Shown here one piece after another: positions 19,252-27,534 of a DNA stretch of 64,000 nt. The DNA is from Eubacteriales bacterium (lineage in GTDB: Bacteria; Bacillota; Clostridia; Oscillospirales; CAG-272), in the NCBI GenBank assembly GCA_045611685.1, contig JAZKXO010000106.1:92493-156492 (forward strand). The letters run 5' to 3'. Below the pieces are notes generated by a model. The model saw only the letters and a program-made list of their open reading frames with translations, searched no databases and had not been told where the DNA came from. Every line of letters starts with the position of its first letter. The stretch's first letter is position 1. The position numbers were made by a program, and so were the translations under genes.

Positions 19252-19342
19252 TGTAAATCCTCCAAAATGTCTGTGAACACGGCCGTATTTCTAAAAGCCG
19301 CTTTAATAGAGCATATTCAGAGGAAGGGAATTCTATGAATGA

Positions 19343-19663
19343 TTACTGTGCGTCTTCAGCATGTACATCAACGCACTTAACGGCAGATTTGAGAATGCGG
19401 AGCTTGGTCTTATCTCCGCTGGTCTCGATAAGGACGGTCTCTTCCTTGATCTGGATGATCTTGCCGATGATGCCGCCGATGGTTGTAATTTCATCTCCCA
19501 CGGTCAGGCCGTTGCGCATTGCGTTCGTTTCTTTCTCCTGCTTTTTCTGCGGACGATACATGAGAAAGTAGAAAATGCCGATCATGGCAACGAGCATAAT
19601 AATCGTGCCAACTCCGTTGGCGCCGCTTGCAGGGGTAGTCGTTTGCATAAGAAGTGTGGACAT
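19343..19663 (-). CDS. yajC: Preprotein translocase subunit YajC
   Basis: 106 aa, a single TM, then YFLMYRPQKKQEKE...GDEITTIGGIIGKI, characteristic of YajC. Confidence 0.9.
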   Translation of the reverse strand: MSTLLMQTTTPASGANGVGTIIMLVAMIGIFYFLMYRPQKKQEKETNAMRNGLTVGDEITTIGGIIGKIIQIKEETVLIETSGDKTKLRILKSAVKCVDVHAEDAQ

Positions 19664-19699
19664 AAGAGGTCCCTCCTAAATTGAATTTTATTAATTATT

Positions 19700-19728
19700 A
19701 TTATACCGAATTATGCACGGATAAGCAA
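19700..19728 (-). promoter_or_regulatory. Sigma-A type promoter of yajC
   Basis: On the - strand: TTGCTT (19728-19723), 17-nt spacer, TATAAT (19705-19700). Confidence 0.6.
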
Positions 19729-19757
19729 GTGTTTTTCAAAAGATAAAGAAACCAGCA

Positions 19758-20171
19758 TTACTGTTGCTCACCGTGGCAAGGGCCGGTATAGTATTTTACA
19801 ATATCAAGATGCGCGACACCGCTCTCGTCGCGCAGAAAGCCCAGTTGTTTCACGAGGATATCATCCGCCCCACCTTGAGGTATTAGCGCCCGTGTGAATC
19901 CACAGCGATACAAAAAGGCGGTGCAGGCGCGTGCCATGATCATCATAGCTTCATCGTCCTCCACACCGGGGCAAGTGCGAAGAGTATCAATTATGCCATC
20001 TGTACCCGAGAGAGAGAACTGGCACACACCTATAGGGTACCGAACTGTTTCGCTGTCATCCTCACAATCATAAGCAGCATAAGCGAGCGCAGTATCAATG
20101 TATGTACCGCCACACTTTGTTACAAGCTCACGCTGTATACTTTTGTCTTCAATCGGTTTAATCACAAGCAT
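19758..20171 (-). CDS. Hypothetical protein (137 aa)
   Basis: ATG is 3 nt after the rluB stop and preceded by GAGGTG. Soluble and Cys-containing; I recognise no motif. Confidence 0.6.
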   Translation of the reverse strand: MLVIKPIEDKSIQRELVTKCGGTYIDTALAYAAYDCEDDSETVRYPIGVCQFSLSGTDGIIDTLRTCPGVEDDEAMMIMARACTAFLYRCGFTRALIPQGGADDILVKQLGFLRDESGVAHLDIVKYYTGPCHGEQQ

Positions 20172-20174
20172 CTT

Positions 20175-20948
20175 TCACACCTCGTTTTTTGATGATAAGA
20201 GATAGGTGACTTCATCACCGGTCAAATGGCGCCATTTGCCGCTCGGTAAGGAACCGATCTCGATCTTCCCAATAGCAACGCGGCGGAGCCGAAGCACCTT
20301 CAGCCCCACGATTTCACACATACGCCGAATCTGGCGGTTACGTCCCTCGTGGAGAGTTACCTCAAGGGTGGATGTAATCGTGCCGTCTTCCGTCCGATCG
20401 CCGGATGAGAGGAGAGCTACCTCTACCGGGCGAAGCTTGTATCCGTCAAGCACCATGGGCTCAGTAAGTCTTGCAGCATCATTGTGCGTCAAATTACCTA
20501 TGACGGTCAAGTGATACTTCTTCACCACGTTGTGCGACGGATGCATCAGGAGGTTCGCAAGTTCGCCGTCATTCGTACAAAGGAGAAGTCCGTCAGAATA
20601 CATATCAAGTCGCCCTACCGGATACACGCGCGTGCCTACGTCTTCTAGGAGATCTCTCACGGTACGGCGTTTTTTTTCATCGGACATCGTGGTAACGTAT
20701 CCGATCGGCTTGTTAAGGATAATATATGTATGGCTCTCCGAGCCGTTGTTTTTTTTAATTTCTTTTCCGTTCCAGAGTACAGTATCTCCGGAAGGGTTGA
20801 TCTTCATGCCGAGTTCGGCACGAATTCCGTTTACCGTAACAGTTCCGGAGAGGATCTCTGCTTCCGCCGCACGTCTGGAAAGGATGCCGCAATCAGAGAA
20901 GTATTTTTGCAGGCGGACGGTATTGTCTGATATATTTTTATCGTTCAT
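20175..20948 (-). CDS. rluB: Pseudouridine synthase, RsuA/RluB family
   Basis: N-terminal S4 domain (RLQKYFSDCGILSRRAAE) and catalytic motif VYPVGRLDMYSDGLLL. Confidence 0.88.
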   Translation of the reverse strand: MNDKNISDNTVRLQKYFSDCGILSRRAAEAEILSGTVTVNGIRAELGMKINPSGDTVLWNGKEIKKNNGSESHTYIILNKPIGYVTTMSDEKKRRTVRDLLEDVGTRVYPVGRLDMYSDGLLLCTNDGELANLLMHPSHNVVKKYHLTVIGNLTHNDAARLTEPMVLDGYKLRPVEVALLSSGDRTEDGTITSTLEVTLHEGRNRQIRRMCEIVGLKVLRLRRVAIGKIEIGSLPSGKWRHLTGDEVTYLLSSKNEV

Positions 20949-20953
20949 AGTCT

Positions 20954-22108
20954 TTACGATTCCGTTTTATTCAAAGATGAAAGATGAAGAGTACTGCGAA
21001 CACGATCCCACAAGGAAAGCGGGGCAGATACGCGAGGGGCTTCGACGTCAGCACAAAGGGGGACGCGGGCAATCTCTTTTCCGTCGCAGATAAAGACAAG
21101 CTCACCCACCTCGTCACCGAGTAAAATCGGCGCCGCAATCGGTCTGTTTGCGAGAAACCTGACAGTAATAGCTCCATGATTTTTCGGGAGGACAGTGGAC
21201 ACCTCAGCATGGTTAGACGCAGTGATTTCCGATAGATCAGCGCCAAGGCAGGGAAGTGTGCATCGGTATTCACCGACAGCCGCAAGCGGAACGGACGTAT
21301 ACAGCGAGAAACCGTAATCAAGGAGAGCAGTATGATCACGCCAGTCATCGGGTGCAGAAAGAGTTACAGCGATCATAGTAACACCATCCCTTTCTGCGGC
21401 AGATACGAGACAGCGGCCGCTTCTTCGCGTATATCCGGTTTTGACCCCGATAGCGCCTTCATACGATTTCAACATTTTATTGTGATTCACAAGAACACGC
21501 GTGCCTTCTGCACCGTTCATGGGAATGGTCGTCTTATAGGTGGAAACTATGCGGGCAAAATCAGGGTTCAAAAGCGCATAACGAGTAAGAAGCGCAAGAT
21601 CGTACGCCGTAGTATAGTGCTGCTCGTCATCGAGACCATGCGGATTGGTGAAATGGGACTCAGTCAATCCGATTTCGAGTGCCGTTTCGTTCATTAAATC
21701 CGCAAAGGAAGGGATATCGCCCGCCACGGCAAAAGCGATTGCTGCCGCGGCATCATTTGCGCTTTCCAAAAGAAGAGCGTAAAGCAGTTCTTCCATAGTA
21801 AGTGTCTCGCCTGCTTTAAGATAAACGGACGAGCCCTCAACGCCAACGGCCTTTTCAGAAACAACAACGGTATCCGAAATATTGCAGTGCTCAAACGCAA
21901 CGAGTGCGGTGAGAATTTTTGTTGTGCTTGCCATGGGCATCTGCCTGTGTGCGTTCACATCAACCAATACCGTACCGTTCTCCGCCTCCATCAAAACAGC
22001 CGATGATGCGGATACGCCCGGCGTAGCACAAGCAGATGGAATAAGAATGTGCAGAATAGAGAACACCGCACATAGAATGCAAAGTTTTTTCACAGAAATC
22101 AACTCCAT
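20954..22108 (-). CDS. D-alanyl-D-alanine carboxypeptidase (PBP5-type, S11)
   Basis: Signal peptide, SxxK (ASTTKILT), SxN (ESANDAA), KTG (VKTGYT). Lies in the position of dacB relative to scpAB and rluB in B. subtilis. Confidence 0.88.
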   Translation of the reverse strand: MELISVKKLCILCAVFSILHILIPSACATPGVSASSAVLMEAENGTVLVDVNAHRQMPMASTTKILTALVAFEHCNISDTVVVSEKAVGVEGSSVYLKAGETLTMEELLYALLLESANDAAAAIAFAVAGDIPSFADLMNETALEIGLTESHFTNPHGLDDEQHYTTAYDLALLTRYALLNPDFARIVSTYKTTIPMNGAEGTRVLVNHNKMLKSYEGAIGVKTGYTRRSGRCLVSAAERDGVTMIAVTLSAPDDWRDHTALLDYGFSLYTSVPLAAVGEYRCTLPCLGADLSEITASNHAEVSTVLPKNHGAITVRFLANRPIAAPILLGDEVGELVFICDGKEIARVPLCADVEAPRVSAPLSLWDRVRSTLHLSSLNKTES

Positions 22109-22177
22109 TTAGGTTTGATACAGTTATCATTTCACCTAACGGCAGAAGTATGAGAGGTGATTTCTGAGCCGCGCGGA

Positions 22178-22633
22178 TTATTCTTCCGCTTCAGCAGAAT
22201 CCTTCTCAGAGGAATCTTTTTTAGGGAAAAGCGCTTTTACTTTTTCAATAAGTTCAGGGGAGCGCTCCAAAAGCCCAATGATCTGCGATACGGGATCATT
22301 TGCTTCTTTGGTCGGTTCATTTACGTTTAGAAGCTGTACGTCACCATTCTTGTCAACAACGAGAAACGCAACAGGGGAGACGGTAAGTCCGGTCCCGCCG
22401 CCGCCGCCAAAGTTATTGGTGTTAGCTTTGGGTGCATTCTGCGCGGCACCGCCCTTACCCGCGTAATCAAGTCCGCCGGATGCGAATCCCACAAAAACCT
22501 TCGATACGGGGATAACGGTCGTTCCGTTTGCCGTTGTGATCGGTGTACCGATAACGGTGTTCGTGTCCACCATTGCCTGGATACTGTCGAGGGACGTTTT
22601 GATAATGTCGTTAAGTTTGTTGTTCTCGCTCAT
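22178..22633 (-). CDS. ytfJ: GerW/YtfJ family sporulation protein
   Basis: 151 aa. TVIPVSKVFVGFASGG and a Gly-rich stretch NFGGGGGTGLTVSPVAFLVV, typical of YtfJ. Confidence 0.85.
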   Translation of the reverse strand: MSENNKLNDIIKTSLDSIQAMVDTNTVIGTPITTANGTTVIPVSKVFVGFASGGLDYAGKGGAAQNAPKANTNNFGGGGGTGLTVSPVAFLVVDKNGDVQLLNVNEPTKEANDPVSQIIGLLERSPELIEKVKALFPKKDSSEKDSAEAEE

Positions 22634-22642
22634 CTTTATACC

Positions 22643-23347
22643 TCATATCTGCGCATTTTTGCGCTGAATTTTTTCTTTAATAATGCGAATTAAGGCTGTG
22701 AATGCCACATTGATAAAAAGCCAGAGATTTACGCTGAAAACAAGCGAAATATCCGCAGTCGTTTTTTTAGCAAGAAAATCGGGGACAACGGAAATGTACT
22801 CGTTTTTCTTTCGATAGAAGCGTGTTTTTTGTTCCAGGAGTTCAAAAAGATACGCAACGCCTTGCGCAACGATTCCGTACGTGATTGCCGTTTTCGCGGC
22901 ATCTTCACCACCTACGGTGATGCGAACGCGTGCGACATCAATGCGGAGCTTACCAAAAAACTTATCAAGTACAGCACCGACGGTGGAAAGCAGGAGAGAA
23001 ACCATAGAAGGCTCGTCGCTCACTTCGATGTCTTTTGGAAGTTTTTTGTTTTTTTCTTTTTTCTTCGCTTCTTTTGCGGCCTTTTTCCTTTGTTCTTTGT
23101 CAATTTGCTTTTGTCGCTTTTTCTTTTCTTTTCGAGCGTCTTCCAAAAGGCGCTTTTGATGTTTTTTTAGTGTGAAATCCCGCAGTCGGATCATCTTTTT
23201 CCGTTTTGGGACAAGCGGGATACGTATTCCTAGAACGGAAATCGAGACGGTAACATCTTCTCGACACCCGACACTAATTTTTACATTAACGAAAAGGATC
23301 AGCAAAAGGAAGGCAAGGACAGTTAACAGAATCCAAAGCCAAGTCAT
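22643..23347 (-). CDS. DUF2953 (YtfI-like) protein
   Basis: 234 aa with an N-terminal TM and a Lys-rich charged linker. Immediately upstream of ytfJ, as ytfI is in Bacillus. Confidence 0.65.
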   Translation of the reverse strand: MTWLWILLTVLAFLLLILFVNVKISVGCREDVTVSISVLGIRIPLVPKRKKMIRLRDFTLKKHQKRLLEDARKEKKKRQKQIDKEQRKKAAKEAKKKEKNKKLPKDIEVSDEPSMVSLLLSTVGAVLDKFFGKLRIDVARVRITVGGEDAAKTAITYGIVAQGVAYLFELLEQKTRFYRKKNEYISVVPDFLAKKTTADISLVFSVNLWLFINVAFTALIRIIKEKIQRKNAQI

Positions 23348-23356
23348 TCTCTAACC

Positions 23357-24028
23357 TCAATTATCTTCGGAAGTGGAATCGGATGCCTCGTTCGCCTCGT
23401 CGTTTGTATTTCGGTCTTCAAGCGGAAGTATGTTTTCTGCGGCAGCCTCCGCCTTTTGGTGAACGGATACAACAGGCAGTTCGCGGAGCGAGGAGATACC
23501 AAACACGCGCAGAAAATCAGATGTAGTGCGATAGAGCAAAGGACGCCCGGGAACGTCAAGACGTCCACACGGCTCAATCAGGCGCTTTTCACAAAGCACG
23601 TTGATGCTGTAGCTGGAATCGACACCGCGAACGGTATCGACGTACACGCGGGTCACAGGCTCGTTATAAGCAACGATTGCCAAAACCTCAATAGAGGACG
23701 CAGAGAGGTTGCCACCACGCTTGATACCCAGCGCATCGCGTATTGCCTGACCGTACTGTTCTTTGGTGCAAAGCTGGCAGGAATCGGGAAAGAGGAGAAG
23801 CATTATGCCACGCGGGAGGGAAGAAGCAGGATCATTATACTCCGCTTCAAACTCACTTACGATTCTTTTTACCGCCGCCGGCGTCATAGACAGTACCTCA
23901 GCCAGTTTATCATACTTTACCGGATGCCCTGCGGCGAAGAGAATCGCCTCGATCGTTCGTTTCGCCTCAATTACAGAAGCAGAATCAACGGATTCTTCAA
24001 GCGGAATAGTATTTGTAAAATTATCCAT
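23357..24028 (-). CDS. scpB: Segregation and condensation protein B
   Basis: IEAILFAAGHPV N-terminal motif and tandem winged-helix layout. Downstream of scpA. Confidence 0.9.
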   Translation of the reverse strand: MDNFTNTIPLEESVDSASVIEAKRTIEAILFAAGHPVKYDKLAEVLSMTPAAVKRIVSEFEAEYNDPASSLPRGIMLLLFPDSCQLCTKEQYGQAIRDALGIKRGGNLSASSIEVLAIVAYNEPVTRVYVDTVRGVDSSYSINVLCEKRLIEPCGRLDVPGRPLLYRTTSDFLRVFGISSLRELPVVSVHQKAEAAAENILPLEDRNTNDEANEASDSTSEDN

Positions 24029-24055
24029 CGTTTATACAGCCCATCACAGGCAAAT

Positions 24056-24847
24056 TTAAGAATTTGCGCTGTCCTTCAGTATTTTTGAGATTGCTTCAAC
24101 ATCCGACTCTGGATTCAGACGAATAGCGGCAGAATCATCGGCAGAAATGACACCTTCGGAGGAATAGTCGGATTCCAGAAGAAGAACGCATCCCGCTTTC
24201 AGGAGTTCCAGCATTGCCATAAACATAGCAATCGCAGTAGATCTGTTTTTTCTCGCAGAAGCAAAATATTGGTTGAGCGTAACAGGTGTGCCGCCTTTGA
24301 GCGTATCCATAAGGACGGTGGCAACGGATGCTACGGTTACAGTTTTTCGCTTGATAAGCGGTTCAAACTGGCGGATCGCCTCTTCATCCGTTACTCGCAC
24401 TTCTGACAGCATACGGATCATTGCACGCGTCAAGAGTTGCACGTCATGATCGGCAACATAGGCATTGTCCGCCTTAATCTCGTCCGTGTCTTTGATCATA
24501 CGCGAGCCGTACTGCGCGAACATTCGATTCAGTGAAACCGACGCTTCTTTCGTTCGCTGATATTCCAGCATAGCAGCGGCAAGCGCGGCACGGGGGTCTT
24601 CGTCTGTTTCTTCATTGCGCGGCAAGAGCATTTTACTCTTAATGAGCATCAGTTCGCTTGCCATCACAATAAACTCGGCGGATATTTCGATATCCATTTT
24701 TTCGGCAGCCTCTATGTATTCCATGTATTGCGCACACAAAAGGGAAATGGGGATATCGTCAATATTGATTTTGTTTTTCTCCACCAGTGTCAAAAGAAGA
24801 TCTAAAGGACCCTCAAACTGGTCGAGCCTGTATTTCAGTTCTTCCAT
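24056..24847 (-). CDS. scpA: Segregation and condensation protein A (kleisin)
   Basis: N-terminus LDQFEGPLDLLLTLVEKNKINIDDIPI, 263 aa. Confidence 0.9.
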   Translation of the reverse strand: MEELKYRLDQFEGPLDLLLTLVEKNKINIDDIPISLLCAQYMEYIEAAEKMDIEISAEFIVMASELMLIKSKMLLPRNEETDEDPRAALAAAMLEYQRTKEASVSLNRMFAQYGSRMIKDTDEIKADNAYVADHDVQLLTRAMIRMLSEVRVTDEEAIRQFEPLIKRKTVTVASVATVLMDTLKGGTPVTLNQYFASARKNRSTAIAMFMAMLELLKAGCVLLLESDYSSEGVISADDSAAIRLNPESDVEAISKILKDSANS

Positions 24848-24853
24848 AGCGCC

Positions 24854-25534
24854 TCACAGAAACGGAATCAAATCAATAATTAAAGCCATACCGCTGTAAA
24901 GAGAACCGGTAAGGAAAGAAAGCGGCAGATCTAAAATATCGAGCCACAAAAGAGCGAACAAACCAAGCGTTATGTAGCGCTCATTCTTCCACACCCACAT
25001 TTGCGCACGTGGCGGCAAAAAAAGCATAAGAAGTCTGGATCCGTCGAGCGGAGGCACGGGAAGCAGATTAAACACAGCGAACGAAATATTGAGCTGCGTG
25101 AACAGTGAGAAGAAGAGGATAGCAGTCGTACCAACGGTAAAGCCGAATGCGGTGAAATTAGTGCTGTTTTGGGTGGAAACGGTCAAAACAGCCGTCAGTA
25201 TCCGGGTGATCAGCATGCCGACAAATCCCAGGAGAATATTTGTCAAAGGACCGGCAAGCGCCACGATCGCCATATCCCGACGCGGTTTCTTGAAGTGCCG
25301 CGTATTGATCGGCACGGGTTTCGCCCACCCAAAACCAAGAAGAAGCATGGAAAGAGCGCCAAGAGGATCAAGGTGCTTTAGTGGGTTCAGCGTCAAACGA
25401 CCGAAGCTTCTGGCAGTCGGATCCCCCGCCCTATAGGCGGCATATCCGTGCGCGAATTCGTGAAACGTAATCGCGATCAGGATGGACGGGATAGATATTA
25501 GCATGGAAATTAGTCGAGCTCTCAACTCAAACAT
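24854..25534 (-). CDS. Site-2 protease family (M50) membrane metalloprotease
   Basis: HEFAHG zinc motif in the first TM region, polytopic, NLLPVPPLDG motif. Confidence 0.85.
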   Translation of the reverse strand: MFELRARLISMLISIPSILIAITFHEFAHGYAAYRAGDPTARSFGRLTLNPLKHLDPLGALSMLLLGFGWAKPVPINTRHFKKPRRDMAIVALAGPLTNILLGFVGMLITRILTAVLTVSTQNSTNFTAFGFTVGTTAILFFSLFTQLNISFAVFNLLPVPPLDGSRLLMLFLPPRAQMWVWKNERYITLGLFALLWLDILDLPLSFLTGSLYSGMALIIDLIPFL

Positions 25535-25575
25535 CCCAAGACGACACTCCTTTTATGATGATTCATGCGTACAGA

Positions 25576-26880
25576 TCAGTTGTCAAGCGCCGCAACATCC
25601 TCGTATGTTTCACGGCGGACAGCAACACGTGCCTTTCCTGCTGAAACCATGATCACGGGCGGCTTCGGAAGGCGATTGTAGTTTGATGCCATCGAATAAT
25701 TGTACGCGCCCGTCACGAGAACTGCGAGGATATCATGACGGCTGACAGGAGCGATCATAGCATCTTCCGCGATGAGGTCACCGCTTTCACAGCAACGGCC
25801 TGCGATTGTGCAGGGATAGTTCGGCTTGAGGTTCGCTTTTTCAGCGGCAACGATCGTGTAGCGGGACTGATAAAGTGCATAGCGCGGGTTGTCCGGCATA
25901 CCGCCGTCTATTGAAACGTAATTACGGAATCCGGGAATCTCTTTGACACTTCCGACGGTATAAAGAGTAATGCCGGACGCGGCAACGATAGAGCGACCTG
26001 GCTCCATCATGATGGCAGGCTTTTTTATACCGCATTTTTTGCATTGAGCGTCGATTTTCTCACCAAGCGCTTTGATATTGGCAACATAATCAATTTCGGG
26101 ATCATCTTCAGTGTAGCGCACGCCGAATCCGCCGCCAATATTGAGAATAGGGAAAGAGACATTATACTCGCTGTGAAGCTTCGCAAGAAACGCAATCATA
26201 ATATCTGCAGCATCTGCGAAAGGCTCAAAATCAAAAATCTGAGATCCGACGTGGCAATGAAGTCCGTCGAGCAGGATATGCGGTGTGTTCAGAGCCTCGG
26301 CAACAATTTTCTGGGCCTGGCCTGTCACGATCGCGGAACCGAATTTGGAATCCACATTTCCCGTGATAATCTTCTTATGCGTGTGAGGATCAATACCGGG
26401 CGTGATGCGAAGGAGAATTTTTTGGGTTACACCCATTTCCTTGGCAATAACGGAAAGCGCTTTTAGCTCCTCCTCGGAATCAACAACTATATGGCCAACG
26501 CCCAAAGAGATAGCATAATGAAGATCAGCATCCGTTTTATTATTTCCGTGGAAATAAGCGTTCTGCATAGGGTAGCCGGCGGCATTCGCCGTATATAACT
26601 CACCGGGGGATACACAGTCGGCAGCCATGCCTTCCTCTGCCATAATGCGATAGATCTCTTTACAGCAAAACGCTTTCCCGGCGTAAACAGGTGCCGACGC
26701 CCCGCCGAAAGAATCGGCAAAGGCGGATTTATACATCCGGCACATACCACGGATGAAATCCTCATCCATCACGTAGGCAGGCGTACCGTATGTACGTGCA
26801 AGATCAATCGTATCGAGGCCGCCGATTGTTAAATGTCCGTTTTCGTTTACGCCGTAGCAAGAGTGAAGCAGCGATTGCAT
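25576..26880 (-). CDS. lysA: Diaminopimelate decarboxylase
   Basis: 434 aa, alanine-racemase-like barrel with motifs YAGKAF, HCHVGSQ, NIGGGFG and CESGD. Confidence 0.92.
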   Translation of the reverse strand: MQSLLHSCYGVNENGHLTIGGLDTIDLARTYGTPAYVMDEDFIRGMCRMYKSAFADSFGGASAPVYAGKAFCCKEIYRIMAEEGMAADCVSPGELYTANAAGYPMQNAYFHGNNKTDADLHYAISLGVGHIVVDSEEELKALSVIAKEMGVTQKILLRITPGIDPHTHKKIITGNVDSKFGSAIVTGQAQKIVAEALNTPHILLDGLHCHVGSQIFDFEPFADAADIMIAFLAKLHSEYNVSFPILNIGGGFGVRYTEDDPEIDYVANIKALGEKIDAQCKKCGIKKPAIMMEPGRSIVAASGITLYTVGSVKEIPGFRNYVSIDGGMPDNPRYALYQSRYTIVAAEKANLKPNYPCTIAGRCCESGDLIAEDAMIAPVSRHDILAVLVTGAYNYSMASNYNRLPKPPVIMVSAGKARVAVRRETYEDVAALDN

Positions 26881-26907
26881 AGAACAGTCCTCTTTTGATA
26901 GTTTTGT

Positions 26908-27519
26908 TTATTTTGTGTCCAGTTTTGCGTAGGCGAGAATTTCTTCCCACAGATCGTCCCGCCCGGCACCGCTCTGCGCAGAGGAGAGAACGATGCATCC
27001 GGCGTCTGCAACGTCGGGATCAGCTTGGATCTTTTCGATGAATGCGTTTCGTTCCGTTGTATTCAGTTTATCAATTTTTGTGGCAACGACGATGTGCGGT
27101 ATTTCCGCTTGACGGAGGAACGAGAGCATATCTCGGTCATCAGCCGTCGGACCGACACGGCTGTCTATAAGTTGCACAACGAGCCGGAGCAGATCAATGT
27201 TTTTATTGGCCGTGAAATAACCGTCCGTAAGCTGAGACCACTTTAGTTTGTCAGCAGGAGCGCGTTTCGCAAATCCGTATCCGGGCAGATCCACTAAAAA
27301 CAATTTTCTGTCGATGTCGTAAAAGTTGATCGTAATCGTTTTACCGGGCGATCCGCTGACGCGTGCGAGTGATTTTCGACCGATAAGGGTGTTGATAATC
27401 GAACTCTTACCTACGTTGGATCGCCCCGAAAAAGCAATCTGGGGGATAGGATCCGCCGGAATCTGATCAGGTCGCCCGACAGAGGTTTTCAAATGCACGT
27501 TATTGAGATTCAGCTTCAT
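26908..27519 (-). CDS. engB: Ribosome biogenesis GTPase YsxC/EngB
   Basis: GRSNVGKSSIINTL P-loop, DLPGYGF, ATKIDK. Downstream of lon, as in Bacillus. Confidence 0.92.
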   Translation of the reverse strand: MKLNLNNVHLKTSVGRPDQIPADPIPQIAFSGRSNVGKSSIINTLIGRKSLARVSGSPGKTITINFYDIDRKLFLVDLPGYGFAKRAPADKLKWSQLTDGYFTANKNIDLLRLVVQLIDSRVGPTADDRDMLSFLRQAEIPHIVVATKIDKLNTTERNAFIEKIQADPDVADAGCIVLSSAQSGAGRDDLWEEILAYAKLDTK

Positions 27520-27534
27520 GCGCCGAGCCTCCTT

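Noticed and set aside
22940-23170. Run of AAG/AAA/GAA-rich sequence that looks repeat-like
   Set aside because: It encodes the Lys/Glu-rich linker of the DUF2953 protein (KKKRQKQIDKEQRKKAAKEAKKKEKNKK). This is codon-level low complexity, not a structured DNA repeat.
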